This document shows, one piece after another, positions 30,656-40,752 of a DNA stretch of 64,000 bases. The first letter of the stretch is position 1. Every line of letters starts with the position of its first letter. Both the position numbers and the translations under genes were made by a program. This stretch comes from an uncultured delta proteobacterium (GTDB lineage: Bacteria; Desulfobacterota; Binatia; Binatales; Binataceae): contig CAVVGR010000007.1 in NCBI GenBank assembly GCA_963747845.1, positions 2,025-66,024 on the forward strand, read 5' to 3'. The notes beneath the pieces are model-generated. The model did no database searches. It saw only the letters and a list, made by a program, of their open reading frames with translations, and was not told where the DNA came from.

Positions 30656-30698
30656 TCGGAGCGCTAAGGATATCGAGTCGCGAGTTTCGCGACTCAGC

Positions 30699-31063
30699 TC
30701 ATGCTTCGAATATCGTCCCCTTCCATGATCGCGACGCCAGATCGAGCTCGCCCTCGCTCGCGATTCTGCGGCCGTCGGAAATCTGGAGTAGGGTTTTCGT
30801 GCTCCAGCGGTTTTTCCCGACGCTCTCGTAGGTTCGGTGGCCGACGGCGTCGAGCCCTTCGCCGTTGTCCAGGAATGCTTGCGAACACTAACTGAAAGTC
30901 CCGCCCCGGGTTCCGCCGACGAAGACTGACGTGCCGAAGAGCGTTCCAAATCCGGTCGCCGTCCCTTCCCAGTTCACTGGTTCAGAACGCTGCCGGCAGG
31001 TCCGGGCGTGAGAGTACTGGTTACAGATTTCAGCGAATATTCCCCAATCCTTTTAGCGGCCAT
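30699..31063 (-). pseudogene. degenerate small ORF (frame change plus in-frame TAG)
   Basis: An RBS-like gaggggag precedes ATG 31063: MAAKRIGEYSLKSVTSTLTPGPAGSVLNQ | VNWEGTATGFGTLFGTSVFVGGTRGGTFS * CSQAFLDNGEGLDAVGHRTYESVGKNRWSTKTLLQISDGRRIASEGELDLASRSWKGTIFEA. It reads like a small beta-rich protein, but needs one frame change (~30995) and read-through of a TAG (~30888). Confidence 0.3.
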
Positions 31064-31253
31064 CGTATTATCTCCCCTCTGTGTTAGCTGATGTTAACGG
31101 CTGAGTGCGCCACGACACCAATACCGTCCGGTACTCCGATGTCAGGCATAGGGCAACAAGACCGGGTAGATGCAATCCGCTGGAGGGCATGGCGCGAAGC
31201 TTGTTCTCGCAAGACTCGACTTGTATTAGGTTTTTCCGTGGGAGGGCGGCCGC

Positions 31254-32257
31254 ATGCAAACTGTTCGCAAGCTTAAAGGACGAGGTCGCTTTCTGATGGC
31301 GGCTATCGCGCTCGTGATGCTGACCTGCGCGATGCCGTCGCGCGCGTGGAGTGCGAGCCAGAGCCTGTGGCTGGCGTACTCTCAAGGCGGCGGCGTCGAG
31401 TCGTACAGCACAAAGCAACTGAAAAAAAGCGGGATGCCGACGCCAATTGAAATCAGCACTTATGAAGATGCGACGGGGGTTGCGTTTGACGCGTCCGGTA
31501 ACCTTTGGGCCGTGGTCAACCAGAACGACGTAGTCGAGTTCACCGCCGCGCAACTCAAGGATCTGAAAAGCAATCCGAGTCCGACGCCCGAAGTGATCAT
31601 AACCACTACAGCCGGGGCCGAAGGTCTCTTCGGCTGCGCCTCGACCCTGACAGGCAACCTGTGGGTGGCAGATGCCGATGGCGACATGATCCTGGAACTG
31701 TCAAAAGCGCAATTGGCTGCGGGCAGTGCTACTGGGGTAACGCCTACCGCATTCATCTATACGACTGATTTCGCTTTTCCGGCCTTTATAACGTTCGACC
31801 AGGACGGGAACGCTTGGGTAACCAGTCAGGGCATCAGCAAGCTCGTCGAGTTGACGGCCAGCCAACTGACCACCGGCGATACCAAGACTGCCGCGGTCGT
31901 GCTGTCCGACGACGGCAGCGGCACCAGCCTCGATTTGCCGGGAGAGATCGCATTCGACAAAAAGGGTGACCTGGAGGTCCCCAACTTTTCCTCGAACACG
32001 GTCGTGGAATATGCAAAGGGCCAGATCACCAGCTCGGCGATCCTCCGGCGGTGAAGTTGAGCAGCGCCGCTTTCGATGGACCGTTTGGAGCGGTATTCGA
32101 CAGCAAAGGCGACCTGGTGATTATGAACTACCACGACGCGAAGATTGAGAAGTTCACGGCCAAGCAGATCAAGAAGAGCGGCTCTCCTTCTCCCAAAGTC
32201 ACGGTAACTGGAACCGGCAGCACCAACTATCAGATCATCTTCGGTCCGGCTTCGTGA
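31254..32257 (+). CDS. secreted six-bladed beta-propeller protein, same family as 1345-2346 (frame change near 32038)
   Basis: Signal peptide (LMAAIALVMLTCAMPSRAWS). The six blades carry STKQLKKSGMPTPIEIS, TAAQLKDLKSNPSPTPEVIIT, SKAQLAAGSATGVTPTAFIYT, TASQLTTGDTKTAAVVLSD, AKGQITSSG(D)PPAVKLSS and TAKQIKKSGSPSPKVTVTG. The last 1.3 blades are in ORF 32051-32257; one missing G in tcggcg restores the frame. Confidence 0.7.
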
Positions 32258-32273
32258 CCCATCGGCTAGCGCT

Positions 32274-32600
32274 ATGAGTCGCCGTCACCTCGCCGCGCTT
32301 ATGCTCGTGGGATGGTATCTCCTGATTCCGCCGGTTTTCAGTGCAATGGGGGGTCATCCTCGCGCGTTCAACGATTTGAAAGCTCCGATCAACCGATGGG
32401 ACATCCAGGGAACGTTCGAGTCCGACGGAAGATGCGAGACAGAGCGGGCGCACATTCTGAAGGAGGCGCCTCTGCGCATCCAGTTTGCGCATGAACATCC
32501 CGATCAGGACCAGAACGGCAATATCGAAGCTGTCGCAGAAGCCTGGCAGTTGGCACAATGTGTCGCGTCCGACGACCCGCGCCTCAAGCGAACCTATTAG
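32274..32600 (+). CDS. small secreted hypothetical protein
   Basis: MSRRHLAALMLVGWYLLIPPVFSA signal-like N-terminus, 108 aa, no recognisable domain. Confidence 0.4.
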   Translation: MSRRHLAALMLVGWYLLIPPVFSAMGGHPRAFNDLKAPINRWDIQGTFESDGRCETERAHILKEAPLRIQFAHEHPDQDQNGNIEAVAEAWQLAQCVASDDPRLKRTY

Positions 32601-32607
32601 ACTGCCG

Positions 32608-32650
32608 GTCCCTCGCCCGTTATTTCACGGGAGAGGTTAGGTGAGGGTTC
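32608..32650. repeat. REP-like palindromic element (type R1)
   Basis: gtccctcgcccgttatttcacgggagaggttaggtgagggttc, the reverse complement of the copy at 22547-22590. Confidence 0.8.
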
Positions 32651-32674
32651 CGGGCTGGAGCACTCAATCCAAGA

Positions 32675-33931
32675 TTGACGATGGAGAACCCGGTCAATCA
32701 CAGGCGCGCGCGATGGTTCCCGAATAGCGCGACGGCTGACGCGCGGCTGTTGCTGACGACGCGCGCGCTTCGCGGGCTGGCCGACGGCGCGGTCAGCGTA
32801 TTGCTGCCGGGATACCTCACGGCGATCGGATTCAGTCCGCTGCGCGTCGGCGCGATCGTGTTCGGCACGCTGCTGGGCTCCGCCGCGCTGACGCTATGGG
32901 TGGGGCTCGCCACCGACACGCTTGGTCGGCGCCGGGTTCTGCTGGCGGCATGCGCCCTGATGCTGCTGACCGGAATTGGATTTGCGACCACCACCGCCTT
33001 CTGGCCGCTGTTCGTCGTCGCGGTCGTCGGCACGCTGAATCCTTCCGCCGGTGACGTCAGCCTGTTTCTGCCGGTCGAGCAGGCGGCGCTGGCCGAAGCC
33101 GCCGAGCCGCGCGATCTGACCGCGATGTTCGCGCTCTACAACGTCGCGGGTGCGATGGCCGGTGCGTTCGGTGCGCTGGCGAGCGGCGTGCCCGCGATTT
33201 TGGCGGCGCGCCATGGATGGGCGCTGGCGTCGTCGCTGCGATCGGGCTTCGTCGCATACTCGATAATCGCGCTCATCGCGTTCTCGGTGTATTGGCGCCT
33301 ATCGCCGGGCGTCGAAGTCGAGCGCCAGCCGATCAAAGTCGCGCCGCTGGCAAAGTCGCGCGCAATAGTCATCCGGCTGGCGGCGCTGTTCAGTATCGAC
33401 GCGTTCGGCGGCGGCTTCGCGATTCAGTCGCTGATGGCGCTGTGGCTGTTCCGCCGCTTCGACGTATCGGTGCAGGTGGCGGGCACGTTCTTCTTCGTGG
33501 CAGGATTGCTGGGATCGTTTTCCCAGTTTCTTTCATCGGCGCTGGCGGCGCGGTTCGGGCGGATCAACACGATGGTCTTCACGCATCTGCCGTCGAACGC
33601 GATGCTGATAGTTGCCGCCTTCATGCCGACGGCGGGACTTGCGATGGCGGCGTTGCTGATTCGCTCGGCGACCTCGCAGATGGACGTTGCGGCGCGCCAA
33701 TCTTACGTGATGGCGGTGGTGCCGCCCGAGGAGCGCGCGGCAGCTGCCACTGTCACTAACGTGCCGCGCAGTTTGGCGGCCGCGATGGCGCCGTTGCCGG
33801 CCGGCGCGATGCTGAACAGTTCGTCATTCGGATGGCCACTGATTTGCGCAGGCGCGCTGAAGACGATCTACGACATCGCGCTGCTGATTCAGTTCCGCGC
33901 AGTAAAGCCAGCAGACGAAGTCTCCGAATAG
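32675..33931 (+). CDS. MFS transporter
   Basis: About 12 hydrophobic segments and an MFS-like loop motif (TDTLGRRRVLL) between TM2 and TM3. 418 aa. Confidence 0.75.
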   Translation: MTMENPVNHRRARWFPNSATADARLLLTTRALRGLADGAVSVLLPGYLTAIGFSPLRVGAIVFGTLLGSAALTLWVGLATDTLGRRRVLLAACALMLLTGIGFATTTAFWPLFVVAVVGTLNPSAGDVSLFLPVEQAALAEAAEPRDLTAMFALYNVAGAMAGAFGALASGVPAILAARHGWALASSLRSGFVAYSIIALIAFSVYWRLSPGVEVERQPIKVAPLAKSRAIVIRLAALFSIDAFGGGFAIQSLMALWLFRRFDVSVQVAGTFFFVAGLLGSFSQFLSSALAARFGRINTMVFTHLPSNAMLIVAAFMPTAGLAMAALLIRSATSQMDVAARQSYVMAVVPPEERAAAATVTNVPRSLAAAMAPLPAGAMLNSSSFGWPLICAGALKTIYDIALLIQFRAVKPADEVSE

Positions 33932-34112
33932 CCTCCCCCTGTCAGGGAGGTGTCACGGACACTCGGCCGCGCCTAAGGCGCGGGTGAGGGTCCTAATATA
34001 AGGATGTCTTTTCTTCGCGTTTCGGGTGTTAGCGAAGACATTAAGAACCAGGAATTTGGACCCTCACCCGACACTCAAGGTCTCGCGTCGGCCTCTCCCT
34101 GACAGGGAGAGG
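33932..34112. repeat. MITE-like palindromic element (type R2), copy a
   Basis: Arms are cctccccctgtcagggagg...cgggtgagggtcc and ggaccctcacccgac...cctctccctgacagggagagg, around an AT-rich core (taatataaggatgtcttttcttcgcg...attaagaaccaggaattt). Confidence 0.75.
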
Positions 34113-34124
34113 CAAGATGGGACT

Positions 34125-34168
34125 GATCCCTCGCCCGTTATTTCACGGGAGAGGTTAGGTGAGGGTTC
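34125..34168. repeat. REP-like palindromic element (type R1)
   Basis: gatccctcgcccgttatttcacgggagaggttaggtgagggttc, the third copy of R1 in the window. Confidence 0.8.
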
Positions 34169-34306
34169 TGTGGTGCATCCACCCAGCCAAGCATCTACGC
34201 GATCTGAATGAGGAGTGCTGCAATCCGCGGCTCGATGGAATCGCAGAACCCTCACCGCTGGCCGCTATGCGGCCAGCCACCCCCGGCGGACGAAGTCTCC
34301 TAATGG

Positions 34307-34469
34307 CCTCTCCCTATCAGGGAGAGGCCGCGCCTACGGCGCGGGTGAGGGTCCGAATATAAGGATGCCTTTTTTGCGTTTCAGTGTTACCGAAGAATTA
34401 AGAATCAGGAATTTGGACCCTCACCCGACACTCAAGGTCTCGCATCGGCCTCTCCCTGACAGGGCGAGG
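34307..34469. repeat. MITE-like palindromic element (type R2), copy b
   Basis: Left arm cctctccctatcagggagagg (a perfect 9-bp hairpin) ...cgggtgagggtcc; AT-rich core; right arm ggaccctcacccgacactcaaggtctcgcatcggcctctccctgacagggcgagg. It is preceded by a copy of the last ~20 nt of the MFS gene. Confidence 0.75.
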
Positions 34470-34494
34470 CAAGAGTCGAATTCTCAGATAAGCG

Positions 34495-35374
34495 CTAAGC
34501 GCGCACTACTGCCATGCCGTCTTGAATTGCCAGGCGGCCTTCGCCGCTTAGCACTTCGAAGAAGACGACTGCGCCTTGCGCGCTGTCGTTGCGCGCCAGG
34601 ATGCGCACCGTGATCGTCGAGGGCATCGTGACCATCGCGCCGAAACGGCCCGCGACTCTTTCGATTCGCGCAGGATCCTTGCCCGCTCACGCTTGCGACT
34701 ATCTGTGACACGGCCAGCGCCAGCGTCGCCGTCCCGTGCAGGATGATCGACGGCAGGCCGGCCGCGCGCGCGACGGCAGCGTCGGTATGTATCGGGTTGA
34801 AGATTCGCGCGCACTCCGTGTAGACGTGCGCCATTCCCGCCGGCACATCGATCTGCGACTCGAGTAGCGGCTCGCCTTCCTCGACCAACGGTTGCATCGG
34901 CGCCGGCGGCAGCTTGGCGGGAACGTCGGGACCGACGACCTCGACGCCGCGATAAATCGCGCCGTACCAACTGGTGCAAACCGGTTTGCCCGCCTCGTCG
35001 ACGGTGTCGAGCCGCATGACCATGTAGGCTCCGGGCTTGCGGCGCTCGACTCCCGCGACTGTCAGCTGCGTGGTCAGGCGTTCGGGCGGCCGAATCGTGC
35101 GATACAGCACCGCGTCATGCGTCGCATGCACGGCGCGCATCGCGTCGGCGCGAGTGAGCGAGGTGGCCTGCTCGAACTGCGCGCGCATCGCGAGCTGCAC
35201 CGGCCATTCGAAGCATACCGGGAACATCGGATGCGCTATCACGCCGCGCACCGTGTCCATGTAACAGGGCATCGAGTCGCCGAGCGCGGCAGCATAGGCC
35301 ATCGTCCAGCGCGCATCGATCTCGCTGACGATGGGCGCGCCCGCAATTCCAACAATCGACGACTCAACCGGCAT
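34495..35374 (-). CDS. MaoC-like (double hot-dog) dehydratase (frame change near 34681)
   Basis: The C-terminal half has YTECARIFNPIHTDAAVARAAGLPSIILHGTATLAL (MaoC hydratase motif). After ...QIVASVSG the conserved end KDPARIERVAGRFGAMVTMPSTITVRILARNDSAQGAVVFFEVLSGEGRLAIQDGMAVVRA* continues in another frame. Merged length is 1 mod 3. Confidence 0.75.
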
Positions 35375-35416
35375 GACGGCTACTTCTATCTGCCGCCCGC
35401 TGCTTCGTCCACCGCG

Positions 35417-38400
35417 CTACTTCTTTTTCTTTGCCGCCTTGCCGGTACCGGAGAGCGGGATCTTTTGCGGCGCTCCTTCCTCGTCGTCGTTGATCGTCAA
35501 CTGAGCATTTTGCGGAGTGGTATTCGGCGGCGTGAACGTGACCGAAACCTTGCAGCTCTTGCCCGGCGCCAACGACGTAACGCATTCGCTGGTCACCGTG
35601 AACGGGGACGGAGCCGACTCGCCGGTGATCATTACGCTGACAGTGGTCTTCTTCGGGCTGCCGTTCTTAATCGTCACCGATTTGGGTTTGCTGACTGCAT
35701 CAACCGCGGTCTTGTTGCCGAACTTCACTGACTTCGGCGAAATCTCCAGCTTTACGTCGACGGGTGTTGCCGTCGCAGTCGGGGTTGCGGTTCTCGTCGC
35801 GGTTGCCGTGGCAGTCGGCGTTACGGTTGCGGTTGCCGTGGCAGTCGGCGTCGGCAAGGCAGTGTCCTGGGGATTGAATACCAGCACGCGATTGTTCTGG
35901 AAGTCGGCGACGTACACGTTGTGCTTCGAATCAACCGCAACTCCGCGCGGAGAGCAGATTCCTGTCGTGCTGGGAGCCGGGTCGCCACTGGCGCCGTCGT
36001 AGCAGAGCTTGCCGGTGAAATCGTTGGGGGCGCCCTGCCCGAAAACCAGGTTAGCCGAAAAGTTGTTTGGATTGCCGCTGGCAGGTTCGACGTATTCGAC
36101 GATCCGGTTGTTGCCCCGGTCGGCGACGAAGAGAGCGTTGGAGACTTTGTCAATCGCGATGCCCAGCGGTCCCTGGAATTCGGTCGCACTCGCACCCGGA
36201 CTTTTATCGGTAAAATCGTTGCCGGTTGTTCCCAGGCCGATCTCGGCGTCGGCTACCACGTCGCCCGCGCATCCGGGCTCTCCCGGAGTCGCGCACATCG
36301 CCGAAGTATCAAGCGGGTTGTAGAAGATTAGCTCTCGACTGTTCAGGTCGTCAGATATGTAGAGGTTGGAGTTTGCATCGAATGCGGCGCCCTCGGGCAC
36401 ATTCAAGCCGGTCGCGCTGGTCGAGGCTGTATCATCGGTGAAATCGGTTCCCGTCGCGCCTTGACCAAAAACCAGGTCGGCGACGGCGTCGCCCGCGCAT
36501 CCGGGCTCTCCCGGAGTCGCGCAAACGGGCGCAGGTTTTTCGAGCGGATTGAAAAAGACCAGTTCGCGATTGTTCCCGCTGTCCTCCACGTACACGTTCC
36601 CCAGTGGGTCCACAGCCAGATCGTTCGGAGAGTACATCCCGGTCGCGCCTTGAGCTTTGGTTGCGGTGGTAAACGTAGTGCCGGCGGCGCCTTGACCGAG
36701 GACGAGGTTCGCGGACGGTCCCGGCATGCAGGGGTCTGCCGCAGTGCAGGAGTGGCCGAATTGTTCATATGGCTGGTTGAATTCGAGCACGCGGTTGTTT
36801 GAAACATCGGCGACCCACAGGTTTCCGCTCGCGTCGACCGCCACGCCATCTGGAATTATTCCGGAGGCGCTAATCGAACCGCCTTCATTGGCGGTGTTGT
36901 TGGTGAAGTTGGTCTGGCCGATGACCAGGTCGGCGGGCTCGCCGCTGCTCAGCGCGGTCACGTCATGCCATCCCAGGATCCTGTAGTTCCCGCTATCGAC
37001 GACGTACAAATGATTGGACGAGTCGATCGCCATGCGTTTGGGGCCGTTAAGTCCGGACTGCCCCGCGGCCGCGGCGTTGCTGGTGAAGTTGCTCTGCCCC
37101 AGCACATCGAAAGCCGTCGCGTCGGGAGCACCCGCCGTGGGCGTCGCCGTCGGAGTGGGTCCGACGCCTCCGGTGGCGGTTGCAGTTGGCGTGCCGGTCG
37201 GGCCGCCGGTCGGAGTCGCGCTTGGGGTAGGTGTATTGGTCGGAAGACATATCGTCCCCGACGGATTGATCTCCGTCAGAAAGGCGTTGGTCGAGCCGTT
37301 GGCAAAAGCGGCGTTGGAAGCCTGCGCGGCGTTGGTTACCGGGAAGTCGTTGGAGTAGGTCGCGCCCGTCACCCAGATATTATCGCTCGATGGATTGAGC
37401 GCGAGACTGTTGGCGACGGCGCCAAGGCTGCTGCCGCCGAGGTAGGTCGAATAGACGAGCTGCTGATTCACAGTCGTCCGCCGCGAAATTCATCTCCGTC
37501 ACGAAGGCGCTCAAGCCTATGTTGTCGCCGCTGGATACGCTGTTGTTGTGCTGATCGCAGGCGTTGGTGGAAACCGGAAAGTCGGTGGAGGTGGTGACGC
37601 CCGTCACGTAAACGTTGTCCGAGCTATCCAATGCGATCGATGCGGCCGCGTCGCCGTTTTCTTGCAGAGCGGTAGGGAAGCCGGACGGTATTCCCGAGCC
37701 GCCGAGGTAGCTGAGGTATGGCAGAGTTCCGGCGCCGGTATTTATCTCGCCAACAAACGCGGTGTCGGCGCAGTTGCTCCAGCCCTTGGCGGTTGATTGA
37801 TAGGCGTTAGTGGTGACCGGCAGATCGTCAGATCCGGTCAGCCCTGCGAAGAAGACGTTGTCGTTGGTATCGACTGCGACGCCGGTGATGATCTCGCCGG
37901 TGGACTCCCCGCAATCACCCCCGTCGCCACCGAGGAAGGTCGAATAAAGCAGCGAACTCGAACCGCTGCCGGCAGGATTGAATTTCGCGAAAAACGCGTC
38001 GCTGTCGTCTCCCGCGTTGGCAGCAAAATATTCCTTGTTCTTCGTTTGGATTGCGCCAGTAGTGACCGGCATGTCAGCCGAGTGGGTCGATCCAGCGACA
38101 TACGCATTGCCGCTCGAATCTACCGCTATTCCGTAACCTACCTCGCCTGCGTCGCCGACCCCGGTTCCACCCCAGAAGGTCGCGTATTCAAGCGTCGCAC
38201 CACCACCGTTGACCACCAGCAGATAGGCTGCCTGTCCTGAGCCTGCGCCGTCCAGCGTTCCGTCATTCGATTCCGGATCCACAGTGAAGTAGGCGTTGCC
38301 AGTTACGGGAAAGCCGGCCTTGAGGTCTTCGTCGGTCTCACCGGTAACATACGCGGCGCAGTTGGATTGGCCGCTGGCCAGGCATGAGGGCAGCAGGGCG

Positions 38401-39840
38401 ACGCGATTGGCGGTGGCGCCTTCGATCGTGTTGACGAAGCACGAATACACGAAGCCGTTGCCGGCCGCATTGACTTCCGAAACGAAGCCGTTGCCAGGTG
38501 GATATATTTTGCTCTGATTGCCTTCGTCGTTGCCGGTGCCCCAGGTACCGCACGAGTTGGGAAAATCTGTGGTCGAATATGCGGTTCCGACTATGTAGGC
38601 GTCGCCGGAGCCGTCCACTGCGATACCAGTGCCCTGATCGCCGTTGCCACGGCCAACGTCTCCACTGTAAGTATTGCCGGGACCGCCGATGTAGGTCGCG
38701 TACTTGAGCGTCGCAGCGCCAACCTGCGTGGGATCGAACTTCGCCAGGAACACCTGCGAGTTCAGATGCGGCGCGGTATCGCCCGCATTGTCGGTGCTTT
38801 GCAGCGCGTTCTTGGTCGGGAACGTCGACGAATACGCAGCCCCGACAATGTACACGTCACCGCTCGGATCCAGCGCCACGCCCTGCGCGGCCTCCGCCTC
38901 GTTTGGCGACGTATCGGGGATGTCGTTGACGAACGGCATGTTGTACGGCCCCGTGTTGTCGCCGGTACCGCCCAGATAGGTCGAGTAAACAATCTGCATT
39001 TCCGGATCGATCACCAGCGGGCGCGCATGGTCGTAACTCGCCAGCTGGAATCCGACCTCGCGACTCGGCACGCCCGCCTGGAGGCCGGGCCGCTTCGCGA
39101 GTATAAATTCGCCGTCGACCGGCGTTCGCGTACCGTCAGCAGCAATTTGGTAGACATAGGGACGGCGCATCGCGATCGCGCCTGCGGCCGTGGTGATGGT
39201 CAGATTGCCCGCGCTATCGAGGGCTGTTCTCGCCACTCCTTCAACGACGAATTTGATCTTGCTGGTATCCGCTCCAGGGTGCGCGGTCAGATCGTACTCG
39301 AGCGCGTTCGGAGTTCCGTAAAAGTCGAGATCGATTCCCGGGTAGACCCCGGCGTAATTCACCTTCGAATACAGCGGCACGTCACGCAGCCATCGCGACG
39401 GATTGTTGCCAGTCAGATAGTTGACGCGACCCGGCAGAGGTTCGGCACCCGTCACGCTCGCGTCAGGGTTCGCGCCGACCAGCCGGATTCTCACGGCGGC
39501 AGATTTTACGGCGAGCGGACGTCTCGCGACTCGGCCCGCATGGCCTTTCGAACCGGCGCGTGGGGCAGCGGACGCTTCCGACAGCGAGAAGACTTCGCCG
39601 TCATTGGTCAGGAACAGTTCGTAGTTCGAGGTGCGTGACAAAAATCGCACGCTGCGATCCGTCTGCCCGCGGTTTTGTTCGAAGTACAGCGGAAGTGCTC
39701 GAATTCGCGCCGCAGCTTCCGCGAGCGCCACCGGCAGACGTTGCCGGGGTCCGATCAGCTTGCAGAAGACCGATAGTCCCCGCCGCTGCGAGGACGACAA
39801 CTATCGCGACCACTCCCCCCCAACGTGTCATCGTGCGCAC
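35417..39840 (-). CDS. giant secreted SBBP/NHL beta-propeller repeat protein with TP-rich linkers and a C-terminal Ig-like domain (two frame changes, ~39760 and ~37472)
   Basis: Three collinear ORFs on the minus strand. 39601-39840 holds the signal peptide MTRWGGVVAIVVVLAAAGTIGLL. 37380-39800 holds ALPLYFEQNRGQTD, then SBBP-type repeats with recurring (V/L)YSTYLGG and DAFFAKFN-like motifs. 35417-37471 continues QQLVYSTYLGGSS, then NHL-like blades (NNRVLEF, NNRELVFFNP, NSRELIFYNP, NNRIVEY, NNRVLVFNP), a TPTATATAT linker, and a beta-sandwich ending KSCKVSVTFTP...GTGKAAKKKK. Confidence 0.75.
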
Positions 39841-40059
39841 CCCCTGATAGGGCTATTTCAGATTCGCGAGCCGAAGTTCGGTGTCGTGGTGATTGTCAAA
39901 AATTCACCCGACACATACCAATTCGCACTAATTATTTCCAGAGAAGAGGCCAGAACGAGAGAAGCGCACGTCTCACCAAGCCTAAAGCTAAATGGGCCAT
40001 TTCAGGATCGGCATTGCGGCGACATTGACATCTGATGATTGATGCGTGATGATCGGACG

Positions 40060-40287
40060 ATGCGTACGACGTTCGACATCGACGAGGATGTTCTGGAAAG
40101 CGCCAAGGAACTCGCCGCAAGCGGGGGACTACTGCAGGACGTATTCTGTCCGAGCTCGCCCGTAGTGCGCTGACGCCTCGCGAGCACTCACGCGCAAGCG
40201 CAACGGTGTGCCGATCCTGCCGAAGCAGCGGGGGCTCGCGTTGTCGTCACGCCCGAGATCGTCAACCGGCTCCGCGACGAGCCTTAG
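40060..40287 (+). pseudogene. vapB: VapB-type antitoxin, disrupted by three 1-nt deletions
   Basis: Four in-order segments in shifting frames: MRTTFDIDEDVLESAKELAASGG | TTAGRILSELARSALTPREHSRA | KRNGVPILPKQRG | ARVVVTPEIVNRLRDEP*. The breaks fall at G5 (40123-40127), AA (40196-40197) and G5 (40230-40234). Confidence 0.6.
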
Positions 40288-40294
40288 GCGGCGT

Positions 40295-40734
40295 GTGATC
40301 GCCCTGCTCGACGTAAACGTGCTGGTCGCCCTGTTCGATCCCGAGACCACCTGTATCACGACGCGGCGCACACGTGGTTCGCGCGCAATCGCAGCAGTCG
40401 CTGGGCGACTTGTCCGCTAACCGAGAACGCGCTGGTCCGCATTCTGTCCAACGCATCTTATCCAGGTAGCCGCACGACGCTCGAAGATGCGGGCACGCGT
40501 CTGCAAACCTTCTGTTCGGATCGGCTGCACGTTTTCTGGCCGGATTCGGTAAGCGTTCGGGAAGCCGAACGATTCAGGTGGAATCATGTTCAGGGTCATC
40601 GCCAACTCACGGACGTTTATCTGCTGGCCCTTTCGGTGTCGAACGAAGGTCGTTTGGCCACCTTCGATTCCGCCATCTCACTACGAGCGGTCCAAGGCGC
40701 CACGCCGCAGAATCTCGAACTGATAGCCGCTTGA
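40295..40734 (+). pseudogene. vapC: VapC-type PIN-domain toxin, disrupted by a 1-nt deletion near 40345
   Basis: VIALLDVNVLVALFDPE | HLYHDAAHTWFARNRSSRWATCPLTENALVRILSNASYPGSRTTLEDAGTRLQTFCSDRLHVFWPDSVSV...GHRQLTDVYLLALSVSNEGRLATFDSAI...LELIAA*. Acidic PIN residues (D, E, D) are present. Length is 2 mod 3. Confidence 0.65.
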
Positions 40735-40752
40735 CGGCGGGCCAAGCTGCGA

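Noticed and set aside
27349-32600. Genomic island integrated at tRNA-Lys.
   Set aside because: There is no integrase, no direct repeat of the tRNA 3' end downstream, and no obvious mobility genes. The unusual genes next to the tRNA are noted, but an island call is unsupported.
39601-39840. Stand-alone 79-aa ORF.
   Set aside because: Only its first ~25 residues (a signal peptide) look real. They join the giant SBBP protein after a frame change near 39760.
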